This document shows, one piece after another, positions 17,879 to 28,000 of a DNA stretch of 64,000 nt; the first letter of the stretch is position 1; each line of letters begins with the position of its first letter. The notes under the pieces were generated by a model that searched no databases, had not been told where the DNA came from, and was given only the letters and a program-made list of their open reading frames with translations. The DNA is from an uncultured Chitinophagales bacterium (GTDB taxonomy: Bacteria > Bacteroidota > Ignavibacteria > UBA10030 > F1-140-MAGs086): NCBI GenBank assembly GCA_964358705.1, contig CAYHPL010000004.1, forward strand, positions 62,750-126,749. The letters run 5' to 3'. The position numbers and the translations under genes are program-made.

Positions 17879-18118
17879 AATAATAATTTGAAAAAGTTAA
17901 TAAATATTGTTAATTAACGGTTCCATTGTGCCAAAGGCATACCTTTCGGTATATTTGAAGCGGATTTTTGGCGGAAGCATAACAATGCCTCTGTCTCAAA
18001 CACGGTGTACAGGCGCCTTTCCTTCCGGATATTGCAACCCTGTGAAAAGAGGGGCGCCATCCACCGTTAAAAAACTACACGAAACCAAATTCGTTTTTTT
18101 CACTTCAAAACTTGTTTC

Positions 18119-18138
18119 GACAGACAGGAATGTCTGAC
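18119..18138 (-). promoter_or_regulatory. Conserved 3' hairpin motif, copy 2 (after 503-aa gene)
   Basis: GACAGAC-aggaat-GTCTGAC followed by CTACC. Confidence 0.5.
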
Positions 18139-18154
18139 CTACCAGTAAAAATTC

Positions 18155-19666
18155 TTATTTCATCAAGAGCATTTTCTGCGTGAGTATTGTTTGCTTCCCA
18201 TCATTGGTTACTGAAGTAAGACGGTAAAAATACATTCCACTCGCAAATTCTTCCGCGTTCCAATCCACGTTGTATTTACCTGCTTCATATTGTTTGTTAT
18301 TGATGAGTATTGCAACTTCTTTTCCGAACATATCGAATATTTTTATTGTAATTTTGCTGACTGCTGATTGCTTAAAGCTGATTGCTGTTTGCGGATTAAA
18401 CGGATTCGGATAATTTTGTTGTAATACAATATTCGATGGAATATTCTCTATTGGCTCTTTTACGGAGGTGCGCACTATTTCTCCACGTACATAATACATC
18501 TTCAAAGTGATTGCGTGCGAGAACACCACGTGGATTGCATTAGGTGAAATTGCTATTTTCGCATCTCCTGTTTTGGGAACTCCCGTATGGTGAACCGGAC
18601 AATATGTTTTTCCTCCGTCAAAACTTACACGTGCATAGACTTCGTACTCTACATCATTCCCGCCGCTCCAGGTAGAGGCAACTATATTTCCCTGTATGGC
18701 TACATCAGAGGTAATTCCATTTTGAATTTCGGTTAAAAGTTGGTCATCGTACCATTGCTCACCTCCTGAATCACTTCGTCTGCTCACGATACCGCACCCT
18801 AACGAACTGAAACATCCTCCGAATTTTGTATCGCGCCATGTTGCAATAATATTATTTCCTTCTGCCGCTACTGTTGCAATGGATGAACCAGCACCGTCGT
18901 GAGAGGAAAGGAACATTTTTTTTGTCCACGAAAACCCTAAATCCGTACTTTTCCAATATAAGATTTCCGGTGAAAGTAATGGAATACCGGTAGCGCTCAT
19001 TACAACGTGTAGTGCACCAGAGCCAAGTGCACATACCGGAACAAAACCAAGAATAGTATCCGTAGAAAAATTCCATGAATTTCCACCAGTGGTTGATGAT
19101 GCGATAACTGGAAGTATGACATAACCTGGAATAGGACGATAGTTAATACCCAATGCAATTGTATCATCATTAATAGTTACAGGGTTTTTTGATAACTCCT
19201 CTGGAAAAATTTGATTCGGTAAATTCCATGAAAGTCCTTTGTTGCTACTCTTTATAAACTGGATATAATCTTTTCCAGTACTATCATTAACAAATTGATA
19301 AAACAAATACAGCGATTGTGATGTTGGGATAATTTGATGATGAGATGCATGACTTCTTGGAGTATTCCATAGTTCCATTACTTCACTCCATTGCTCACCT
19401 TCCGTTGTAGAACGCATATATGGCAATTTTGTATATCCACTGCTCCAAGTTAAATGTACAATATTTCCTTCTGTTGCAATTTGAGGTAAACCTCTGTCAT
19501 TCATTAGTACGACCGGCTCGTGCCAGATAATGCCGCAGGCGGTATCCTGTGCATACGTATATGAGACACAAAAGGGAATATTTAAAAGGAGTGTGAGGGA
19601 GGCAAATCGCGCTATTTTTGCAATGGCGCAAGTGAACAACGAAGAAATGTAACGAGTACTGAGCAT
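18155..19666 (-). CDS. Secreted BNR/Asp-box protein with T9SS CTD (503 aa), paralogue of 7723..9252
   Basis: The first 13 residues are identical to the paralogue (MLSTRYISSLFTC). Asp-boxes STTEGEQWS, SSNKGLSWN, STTGGNSWN, STDLGFSWT, SDSGGEQWY. The CTD reads LQQNYPNPFNPQTAISF...GMYFYRL...QKMLLMK. Confidence 0.8.
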   Translation of the reverse strand: MLSTRYISSLFTCAIAKIARFASLTLLLNIPFCVSYTYAQDTACGIIWHEPVVLMNDRGLPQIATEGNIVHLTWSSGYTKLPYMRSTTEGEQWSEVMELWNTPRSHASHHQIIPTSQSLYLFYQFVNDSTGKDYIQFIKSSNKGLSWNLPNQIFPEELSKNPVTINDDTIALGINYRPIPGYVILPVIASSTTGGNSWNFSTDTILGFVPVCALGSGALHVVMSATGIPLLSPEILYWKSTDLGFSWTKKMFLSSHDGAGSSIATVAAEGNNIIATWRDTKFGGCFSSLGCGIVSRRSDSGGEQWYDDQLLTEIQNGITSDVAIQGNIVASTWSGGNDVEYEVYARVSFDGGKTYCPVHHTGVPKTGDAKIAISPNAIHVVFSHAITLKMYYVRGEIVRTSVKEPIENIPSNIVLQQNYPNPFNPQTAISFKQSAVSKITIKIFDMFGKEVAILINNKQYEAGKYNVDWNAEEFASGMYFYRLTSVTNDGKQTILTQKMLLMK

Positions 19667-19872
19667 AATATTATAATTAAATACTATAAAAATTAGATAC
19701 TAATGATTACATCACCACTGAATAAACATTCTCTACATTCATCAGGTTATGATGTTATCGTAAAAAAACTGGGCATAATATACAATTCAATACAATTCAA
19801 TACAATTCAATACAATTCAATACAAGAAAAGATTGAAAATATTTTTTGAAAAAAGATTAAGTTGTCTTTTGA
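19628..19872 (-). promoter_or_regulatory. Conserved upstream block, copy 2
   Basis: See 9214..9458. The 39 nt gcaagtgaacaacgaagaaatgtaacgagtactgagcat, which include the start codon, are identical in both copies. Confidence 0.7.
19778..19825 (-). repeat. Second copy of the same 10-bp x4 tandem repeat
   Basis: tacaattcaa x4 + tacaa, with the same unit and copy number as 9367..9412. It lies about 112-160 nt upstream of ATG 19666 and about 120 nt downstream of the LytTR regulator stop. Confidence 0.95.
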
Positions 19873-19898
19873 AAAAAATATTATACTCAGTGAAACAA

Positions 19899-19918
19899 GA
19901 CATACAAGAATATCTGTC
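19899..19918 (-). promoter_or_regulatory. Conserved 3' hairpin motif, degenerate copy 3 (after LytTR regulator gene)
   Basis: GACATAC-aagaat-ATCTGTC followed by CGACC. A near-palindrome ACCAATGTACATCGGT follows at 19921..19936. Confidence 0.4.
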
Positions 19919-19947
19919 CGACCAATGTACATCGGTACTTCTTTCTT

Positions 19948-20694
19948 TTACACAAGCAGCAATCGCTTCATCAGTTCCTCTTTGTGCCTGCGCGAAACTT
20001 CAACAGTGGAATTATCGGTGAGTATAATTGTTCCGCCATCGCCTTTTAGGTATTGCTTAATATGCAGCGCATTGACAAGATGCGATTGATGAATACGGAT
20101 AAAATTGTACTCCGTGAGAAGTTGCTCAAAATCTTTCAGCGTCTTTGCCGATGTGTGTTTTTCTCCGTTCGCAAGAAAAATTGTTGTGTAATTGCTTTCC
20201 GATTCGCAGCGCAGAATATCATTGATTTGCACAAACACAACGCCTATACGTGTCGGCAATCCGATTTTACTGTGCGCGCTTTTCATCGTCTGCAAAAAAC
20301 TTTCTACTGCAACGGGTGACTTTCCTGCTTTTATTTTTTCTTCTGCACGTGCTACGGCATCTTTTAATTCTTTGAGATTCACCGGCTTCAGCAAATAATC
20401 CAATGCGGACATTTTTATTGCCTGTATTGCGTAGTTCTCGTGCGCGGTTACAAATATGACCTCGAAATCAATTTTTCCGAATGATTGCAGTAATTCCAAC
20501 CCGGATTCTTTCGGCATTTCCACATCAAGAAAAACCAAATCGGGAGAACACTCCGCAATTGCTTTTCTTCCCGCATCTGCAGATTCTGCCATTGCAACTA
20601 TTTCCACTGTTCCGCTGCAATACTTGTGTAGCATTTGCTGCAAAACACTGCGTCCCCTTTTTTCATCATCTATTATTATTGTTCGTAGCATCAT
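19948..20694 (-). CDS. LytR/AlgR (LytTR) family response regulator
   Basis: Receiver domain (IIIDDE, FLDVEMP, LLKP) followed by a LytTR domain (IGVVFVQINDILRCESESNYTTIFLANGEKHTSAKTLKDFEQLL..FIRIHQSHLVN). The start lies 9 nt downstream of the kinase gene. Confidence 0.9.
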   Translation of the reverse strand: MMLRTIIIDDEKRGRSVLQQMLHKYCSGTVEIVAMAESADAGRKAIAECSPDLVFLDVEMPKESGLELLQSFGKIDFEVIFVTAHENYAIQAIKMSALDYLLKPVNLKELKDAVARAEEKIKAGKSPVAVESFLQTMKSAHSKIGLPTRIGVVFVQINDILRCESESNYTTIFLANGEKHTSAKTLKDFEQLLTEYNFIRIHQSHLVNALHIKQYLKGDGGTIILTDNSTVEVSRRHKEELMKRLLLV

Positions 20695-20703
20695 AGTATT
20701 TTT

Positions 20704-23700
20704 TTATGAATAGTAAAGCGGCAGCACAATTTCCACCCGCGTTCCTGTTGCGTTTCCTTCAGCATCGTGCAAATCAAGAATGCGCACGGAAGAATGTTTT
20801 GCGCCCGATGCATTCAGTTTTTCGATACGGTCAAATGTTACGCGCATTCCTTTCGATTCAAAATCCTGTTTCAACGGATGTTTGATGTGTTGCGATTTTT
20901 CTCTGCCAATGCCGTTATCTTCAATGACGCAAAGTAAATTTTCATTCTGCTGCGCAACAGTTATTTGAAGATTTCTTTCGCCATCTTTGTGCCGCAATCC
21001 GTGACCAATTGCATTTTCCGCAAAGGGCTGCAATAACATTGGCGGAAGAAAACATTCTCCGGTATTCAGTGTTTCATCAACGGAAATGGTGTAGGTAAAT
21101 TCATTTTCAAAGCGCAGCGATTCAAGTTGAAGGTACAGCGTCAGCACTTCAATCTCGCGGGCAAGCGTAATGAGCGGCACTTCGGCATTTTCAAAAATAA
21201 ATCTGATGAGCCGCGCAAATTTGGAAAGATAGTCGCATGCGGCTTCGGTGTTATCGCTGAGAATGCTTTCCTGAATTGCATTGAGCGAATTAAAAATAAA
21301 ATGCGGATTCATCTGCGCACGTAAAGCGCGGGATTCCAATTCGACCAGTTGTTGCTGCAATGTTGCTTTCCTGCGCTCTTCTGCCTGAATTTTCTTCTCT
21401 CGCTTTTTTACAATAAATGTAATGCCGCCAGCAATGAGCAGAAAGGTGAGAATCTGAAACCACCACGTCTCCCAAATATGCGGAGGAATAATTATTTTCA
21501 ACACTGCTCCCTGCGAATTCCACTCTCCCGTATTACTCGCGGCAATAACCCGAAACGTATATTCGCCTGCGGGAATATTTGTATAGTATGCTTTGCGCCG
21601 CGTTTCTGCTTCGTTCCATTGTGTTTCAAATCCTTCGAGCATATAGCGGAAGCGGATTTTTTCCGACGCAAAAAAAGAAAGCGCGGTGTATTCAATTTCA
21701 AATTTCTTTTTTCCGGGAGAAAGCGCAAGCGGTTCATTGACAAGCAACGTATCTTCATTGGAAATCAGCCGCTCAAAAATCACCTGCGGAGGCATACTGT
21801 AATTATTTATATCATTCGGATTCAGCAGTACAAATCCTTTCACTGTCGGAAACACCAACATTCCGTCGCGCGTCATTACTGATGTTGGCGTTGAGCCTCC
21901 GTTGCACTCCACACTTTTCATTCCGTCATCCATTCCGAAAGAAACGGACGTAATGGAAGAAATTTTTCCATCCGCGCAATCATTGAGTTCTTGCCTGCTT
22001 GCGCGGAAGATTCCGTGATTGCTACTCATCCAGAAATAGCCGTTGCTGTCTGCAAGAATAGAAAAGACGACGTTATCGTACAATCCGTGTTTTTTATTGA
22101 TGGAAATAAATTTTCCATTTTTGTAGCGAATGAGTCCCGCATTGTATGTCCCAATCCACATTGTAGAATCGTCTTCAAAATGAAATGCAAATACTTCGTT
22201 ATCAGGCATTCCTTCTTTGATACCGTAAAAAGTTATCGTTGTATCTTCAATACGATTGATGCCCGCCTGTGTTCCTATCCACAAAATGCCATTGTTATCT
22301 TCCGTAATTACGCGCACAAAACTGTTTGTCGTTTCATTATAATGCGGAAGACGGTTGAAAGAAATTTCCTTCCCGCGAATAATTACAACGCCCGCGCCGT
22401 ACGAACCGCACCAGATAATGTTATTTTTATCGCTATACACGGAACGAAACCGTGCTATTAATTTATTATCGTGCGGGTCATGCAAATTGTTGTAATAGTG
22501 AAAACGCGGCGTGGAAGAAATTGAACTGCTCATCAGTTGCGATAATCCGCTGATGCTGCCAAACCACATATTTCCTTCCGCATCTTCTTCAATTGCACGC
22601 ACCTGATTTTCCAGCAATCCGTTTGCGGTGGAATAATGCTGTGTAAATTTTCCGTTTTCAAACACATCTACTCCGCTGTTGCGCAACCCAATCCACAAAC
22701 GCTGCTTGCTGTCTTCAAACACACAATGCACATAATCGCTCGAGAGACCGTTCTCTTCCGCATACACAGAAATATTTTTGTCTTTCAATCTGCACAAACC
22801 GCCGCCGCGTGTACCAAGCCAGAGATTTCCTTCTCTGTCCTCGCAAATAGAAATTATGCGATTACTTTTTAAGCCGTCTTGTAAATTGAATTGAGAGAGC
22901 GTCCCATTCGTATAGCGAAATAATCCGTCCCCTTCTGTCCCTATCCAGAGATTGCCTGATTTATCTTTTATCACTTCACGTATCGGCGAAATAAAATCTT
23001 TCTTTGCGAAAGAAAACAAATTTTCTTTGCCGTCTTTTATAAAATAAAGCCCGTCTCCTTTTCCTCCCCATATTGTTCCCTGCGCATCCTCGCATATCAC
23101 GGAAAGAATTTCGCTTGTTGTCTGCGGGATTTTTGTAACAGAAAAATCTTTATTGTAGTATTTAAAATTTCCTGTGCCAAACCAAATTCTATTGTGAGAA
23201 TCTTCAAAAATGGTGCGCACATTATTAAACTGCGAAGTTTCTTCGGTAGGAATTACTATTGCTTTTTCGTTTTGAAAACGCGCGATTCCCATGTGCATAA
23301 ATCCGAGCCACAAATTATTTTTACTATCTACAAAAACTTCTACTACTTCATTCGTAGGCAAACCGTTTTCTTTTGTATAAAAATAAAATTTACCTTGATA
23401 ATATTTTCCCAATCCGCCGCGCAACATTGCAAACCATAAATTGCCGTTGCCGTCTTCAGCAAGCGACATAATGCTGTTATCAGACATTCGCGGAACTGTT
23501 GCAGAACTGAACGTGGTAAATTCAACGCCATCAAACCGAATAAGCCCGACATCTGTTCCAAGCCAGATGTAACCGTCCTTTGTTTGTTTAATTGCGTGAA
23601 TTGCGAATGCAGAAAGTCCGCGCGATTCATCCCACATATCAAGCCCGTACTGAGAAATATTTTTTGTCGGGTTCAATGCAAAAAGAGTATTGTGCAGACA

Positions 23701-23757
23701 AGTACTGCACAACACAACGGCGGAGAGAAACAATATTTTCCGTAGCACAACTATCAT
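20704..23757 (-). CDS. Sensor histidine kinase: periplasmic Reg_prop beta-propeller repeats + Y_Y_Y domain, TM, LytS/YehU-type His_kinase + HATPase_c
   Basis: Repeated GN(L/I)W(I/L/F)GT..GL motifs. Y_Y_Y-like FEIEYTALSFF..RFRYMLEGFETQWNE..IPAGEYTFRV. TM segment WWFQILTFLLIAGGITFIV. LytS-type box NPHFIFNSLNAI. ATPase box VIEDNGIG. Confidence 0.9.
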   Translation of the reverse strand: MIVVLRKILFLSAVVLCSTCLHNTLFALNPTKNISQYGLDMWDESRGLSAFAIHAIKQTKDGYIWLGTDVGLIRFDGVEFTTFSSATVPRMSDNSIMSLAEDGNGNLWFAMLRGGLGKYYQGKFYFYTKENGLPTNEVVEVFVDSKNNLWLGFMHMGIARFQNEKAIVIPTEETSQFNNVRTIFEDSHNRIWFGTGNFKYYNKDFSVTKIPQTTSEILSVICEDAQGTIWGGKGDGLYFIKDGKENLFSFAKKDFISPIREVIKDKSGNLWIGTEGDGLFRYTNGTLSQFNLQDGLKSNRIISICEDREGNLWLGTRGGGLCRLKDKNISVYAEENGLSSDYVHCVFEDSKQRLWIGLRNSGVDVFENGKFTQHYSTANGLLENQVRAIEEDAEGNMWFGSISGLSQLMSSSISSTPRFHYYNNLHDPHDNKLIARFRSVYSDKNNIIWCGSYGAGVVIIRGKEISFNRLPHYNETTNSFVRVITEDNNGILWIGTQAGINRIEDTTITFYGIKEGMPDNEVFAFHFEDDSTMWIGTYNAGLIRYKNGKFISINKKHGLYDNVVFSILADSNGYFWMSSNHGIFRASRQELNDCADGKISSITSVSFGMDDGMKSVECNGGSTPTSVMTRDGMLVFPTVKGFVLLNPNDINNYSMPPQVIFERLISNEDTLLVNEPLALSPGKKKFEIEYTALSFFASEKIRFRYMLEGFETQWNEAETRRKAYYTNIPAGEYTFRVIAASNTGEWNSQGAVLKIIIPPHIWETWWFQILTFLLIAGGITFIVKKREKKIQAEERRKATLQQQLVELESRALRAQMNPHFIFNSLNAIQESILSDNTEAACDYLSKFARLIRFIFENAEVPLITLAREIEVLTLYLQLESLRFENEFTYTISVDETLNTGECFLPPMLLQPFAENAIGHGLRHKDGERNLQITVAQQNENLLCVIEDNGIGREKSQHIKHPLKQDFESKGMRVTFDRIEKLNASGAKHSSVRILDLHDAEGNATGTRVEIVLPLYYS

Positions 23758-23787
23758 TTACGGCGAAATATAAGTGAAAGAAGAAAT

Positions 23788-23826
23788 GAAAAAAATAAAA
23801 AAGGCGATATGTTTTTAATATCGCCT
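23788..23826 (-). terminator. Rho-independent terminator after the 143-aa ORF, separating the NarL-type and LytTR-type two-component operons
   Basis: Perfect 9-bp stem AGGCGATAT-(7 nt)-ATATCGCCT, followed on the minus strand by TTTTTTATTTTTTT. Confidence 0.85.
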
Positions 23827-23850
23827 GTCTATATTTTTATCCTGTTCTAA

Positions 23851-24282
23851 TTACAACTCGTCAGTAAAATCGCGAAAATTACTAATCGCAATGGGCTGAT
23901 AATTTGGAAATTTTAAGGAATGAAGTTCGCGCTCCTGTAGTACGGTAAATTTCAGTTGCTTATTGCTATCGCGGGAAATTCTTTCTTTTATTTTATCAAA
24001 AAATTTCTCTGACAGTATGAAACGTGTTACATTTTTTTTGCTGTCTTCACACAATAATGCAATTGTTGTGTATTCATCGTCAGGCAAATTTATAAGCCAT
24101 TGGCGAGGCATCCGTTCAATACCAATTCCTACACCGATAATTTTCCCTCCCGATGTGTATGAATTACCGCGAATAAATTTGAGTTCTATCTTTTGTGTGC
24201 GCAAAAAATCAGTGAACCCGTTAATGATGATGCGCTTTTCTGCTTCTTCCTTTAAATGCAGGAAGCGTGTTTCTAAATCCAT
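23851..24282 (-). CDS. Hypothetical cytoplasmic protein (143 aa)
   Basis: ATG-initiated ORF 11 nt downstream of the NarL-type regulator and followed by a strong terminator. It has no signal peptide and no motif I can name with confidence. Confidence 0.5.
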   Translation of the reverse strand: MDLETRFLHLKEEAEKRIIINGFTDFLRTQKIELKFIRGNSYTSGGKIIGVGIGIERMPRQWLINLPDDEYTTIALLCEDSKKNVTRFILSEKFFDKIKERISRDSNKQLKFTVLQERELHSLKFPNYQPIAISNFRDFTDEL

Positions 24283-24293
24283 ACGATAGTATT

Positions 24294-24923
24294 TTATTTT
24301 TGCATTACTTTCATCATTGCTTCTGCGCGCGAGCGCACGTGGAGTTTTTCATAAATTTTGTGCACATGCGTACGCACTGTTTCGATGCTGATAAATAGTT
24401 TTTCGGCAATTTCTTTATAGCGAAATCCATTGGTGAGATAGCCGAGTATTTCCATTTCCCGTTTGGACAATTGCTCCGTAACGTCCGAAGATGCAACGCG
24501 GAATTGTTGAAAAACTGTAACAACTTTTCTGGCAATTTCTGCGGACATTGGCGCGCCTCCATTAATGACTTCCTGAATTGCTTCGAGAAGTTTTTCCGGT
24601 TTGGTACGCTTTACTAAATATCCCGTTGCGCCTGCGGCAAGCGCCTGAAAAATGCTTTCATCATTCTCATAGACCGTGAGCATAATGATGTGCGCAGGAG
24701 TATTTCCATCTTTCAGATTGCGCACGCAATCTATACCGGACATTCCCGGCAAATGAATATCCATCAATATTACGTTGGGAGGCTGCTGCCGTAAGGGAGA
24801 AATTGCTTCTTCGGCGGTTCGATAGGCACCCAGACAACGAAATCCGCGCGATGAATTTAACAGCATTGTTAATCCTTCACGAATCGTGGTATCATCTTCA
24901 ACTATGGCAACGGAAACAGGCAT
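24294..24923 (-). CDS. NarL/FixJ (LuxR-type HTH) family response regulator
   Basis: Receiver domain (VAIVEDD, MDIHLPGMSG, YLVK) plus a GerE/LuxR HTH (LSKREMEILGYLTNGFRYKEIAEKLFISIETVRTHVHKIYEKLHV). Confidence 0.9.
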   Translation of the reverse strand: MPVSVAIVEDDTTIREGLTMLLNSSRGFRCLGAYRTAEEAISPLRQQPPNVILMDIHLPGMSGIDCVRNLKDGNTPAHIIMLTVYENDESIFQALAAGATGYLVKRTKPEKLLEAIQEVINGGAPMSAEIARKVVTVFQQFRVASSDVTEQLSKREMEILGYLTNGFRYKEIAEKLFISIETVRTHVHKIYEKLHVRSRAEAMMKVMQK

Positions 24924-25008
24924 AACACTTATCAGGTTTTGTTCATTTTTTTCAGAAGAAAGATAAGAGAAGTTTTCTCATTAATCAATCACACGAAAGT
25001 TGTATTTT

Positions 25009-28000
25009 TTATAACGTTGCAATGCGTGTTGCTCCGTCGCAATGTACACGAAATTGTACGATTGTTCCGTTGTTGTCGGATGCGATGCTGTAAATTCCAT
25101 TGATGCGCTCAATGCGTTTTTGCATATTCGTTAAGCCATCGCTGAACGGAGAAATCTGTTCTTTTGAAAATCCAATGCCGTTATCCTTTACAACTGCTTT
25201 TATACTATTGTTATGAACAGAAAGAGTAATATGTACTTTTTCTGCCTGCGCGTGCTCTACGACGTTGTGCGCTGATTCTTTGAGGACAAGAAAAACATTA
25301 TGTCGAACATCCGGCGGCAAATTCAACGATGGTATATTTTCCGGAAAATCAAAGGTGAAATTTACACTGGAGGATTCTAAATATTCTGCAAGGTATTCGC
25401 GGACAAATGCAACAAGACTTTGGAGTGAATCGTGTTTGGGATTCAGAAACCATACAATTTCATCAAGACTTTCTGTTACGTTTTGCGCGGTTGCAGTAAT
25501 GCGTTTAATATTTTTTTCCACAATATTCACATCACCGAGATTGCGCTCTGTCAATTCACTGAGCATAGAAATTTGTGAAAGACTCGCGCCAACTTCATCA
25601 TGCATATCCTGCGAAATACGCGAGCGCTCTTTTTCCAGCGATTGCTGCATTTCTAATTTACGCAGTTTCGCCTGCAATTTCCGCAAGGAAATAAAACGAA
25701 CTCCTCCATACACGCCGCTTAAAAATATAAAAGCAAAAAATGAACGGAACCACCACGTTTCCCAATACAACGGAGGAATAGAAACAGGAAAAGAAATTCC
25801 CGCATTGTTCCATACGCCTTCGCCGTTGCATGCGCGCAAACGAAACACATAATCGCCATAGGGAAGTTTCGCGTAGATTGCTTTGCGCACTGTTCCTGCA
25901 TCAATCCATTCTTCATCGTATCCTTCCAACTTATATTTGAATTGAATTTTATGAATATTGCGATAGGTTAATGCGGTGTATTGTATTTCTAATTGTTTCA
26001 ATCCGCTGTTGGTAAGAATACTGTTGCACAAAGAAAAAGTATCTTTGTCTGCAATACATTGTTCAATCACAATTTCCGGAGGGCTGTATTCTTTCAATAA
26101 TCTTTTGGGATTTACTATTGCAACGCCGGCGGCAGTGGAGAACCATATTTGACCGTTGCGCGTTTTGCAAACGATGGGCTGGGTTGCGGCATTACATCCG
26201 AAATCTTTCATTCCTTCCTGCATACTGTAGGAAACATTTGTCAGCCGCGCACGCTTTCCATCTGCGACGGCATACAATTCTTCTTTGATAACACGAAAAA
26301 TCCCCTTGAACGAACCAAACCAGAAATTGCCAAAATCATCTTCTGCCATTGCAGAAATGATATCATCCAACATTCCGTTTGCGCGCGTTATGCTTGTAAA
26401 TTTTTTATTGCTGTCTGCGTTGGGATGATATTGCTGAATACCAAATCCCCACGTTGAAACCCAAATTTTGTTTTCTGCATCAGCATAAATTCCGATTACA
26501 ATATTTCCCTGCAAGCCATCTTTTTCCGTAAATTTAATATAGCCCGTATCCGTTACACAATGCAAGGCAAATTGCGTTCCCACCCACAAATTACCGCTAC
26601 TATCTTCACATATTGCACGGACGTTACTTAAAATTTCAGATTTTCTTCCGAAAAAATCTCTGATAAGATTTCCTTTTTCAAACTTCCCGACACCGGCGGC
26701 AAGAGAACCAACCCACGTATTTCCTTTTCTATCTGTAAAGACGGAGCGAATATCCTGAAAGCCAAGTGTATCAATAACAAATTGTTCCCACTGCTCATGG
26801 TAAAATCTGTTGAAGCCGTTATACGTGCCGACAAAAATACTGCCATCGCTTCCTTCGCAAACGGCGCGAACATTCGGGCAGGAAAGACCGTTGCGTTCAT
26901 CGTACACAATGTTCATAATTTTTTTCGGCTGCAAATTAATTGTGCCATTTTTTTCACGCTGCACAAACAAGCGATTAATTCCTCCACGAGCAGTGCCAAT
27001 CCAGATTTCGCCGCGCGAATCTTCAAAAATGGAATACACTAAATCGTTGGAAAGTCCGTCCTCTTTGGAGAACGTTTCAATGCTGTTATCTTTTAACTGA
27101 TACAAACCGCCGCCGCGTGTTCCGAACCACATACTGCCTTCGCGGTCTTCATAAAAACAGGCGACATTATCAATCATCAGATTATCAGACGGATGAAGTG
27201 AATCCAATGTTCCGTCGGGACTGATTCTATACAAACCGCTGCCTTCAGTTCCTGCCCATAATTCCCCATGCGAATCTGTATAGAGCGCAATGATGTACGA
27301 AACTTTCATTGATGATGCTAAAGGAAATAACGAAATTTTTCCTTGTTCATATTTATAGAGAAATTCTTTTGAGCCAGCCCAAAGCACACCGACTGAATCG
27401 AGCGCAATCGGACGTATTGTAGAAAAAGCATGGAGCGTGTCTATTTTTTCAGAAGCGATAGACATACGGTAAATATTTTCGCCTGTAAACCAAAGCGAAC
27501 CTTTTTTATCTGAAATAATTCTGTGTGCAAGATTTATTTTATCAGGAGGAACATTCCTTTTATCATACGCCTGAATGGAAAAATAATCGCGGCTATCAAA
27601 ACTTAACTTGTTAATGCCATTCGATGTTCCAGCGTATAAAACATTTTCCTGCTCAAAGAGAAGCGTATATATTTTATTGCTTGCGAGACCGTTGCTATCA
27701 TTTATGACAGTTATTATTCCCTGCGGGGTTCTTTTAAATATTCCTGCGCCGCGCGTACCGAACCACAAATTTCCTTTGTTATCTTCAGCAAGGCAGGTAA
27801 TATCGTTGTGCCTCATTCCGGGAGTATTTGTTTTATCATAGATAGTGAAATGCACGCCATCAAAACGCATCAAACCTTCATCAGTGGCAAGCCACAAATA
27901 ATTATCGCGTGTTTGAAAAATTGCGTTGATGGAATAAGTGGTAAATCCACGCGGCGGGTCCCACTTATCTATTCCGTATTTGTATAGCGATTTAGTAGGA

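Noticed and set aside
21349-21882. Antisense or alternative-frame ORFs inside large genes (for example 2396..2908, 10435..10923, 21349..21882, 25265..25852, 48684..49515, 52061..52856)
   Set aside because: All lie wholly within much longer ORFs that have clear domain signatures. Their translations are low-complexity or Cys/Arg/Phe-rich, as expected of shadow ORFs.
24993-25009. 17-nt exact match ACGAAAGTTGTATTTTT shared with 37539..37555 (the latter overlapping a candidate -7 promoter box)
   Set aside because: A single 17-mer match in an AT-rich 64-kb window is roughly at chance expectation. The copy at 24993 has no downstream plus-strand gene.
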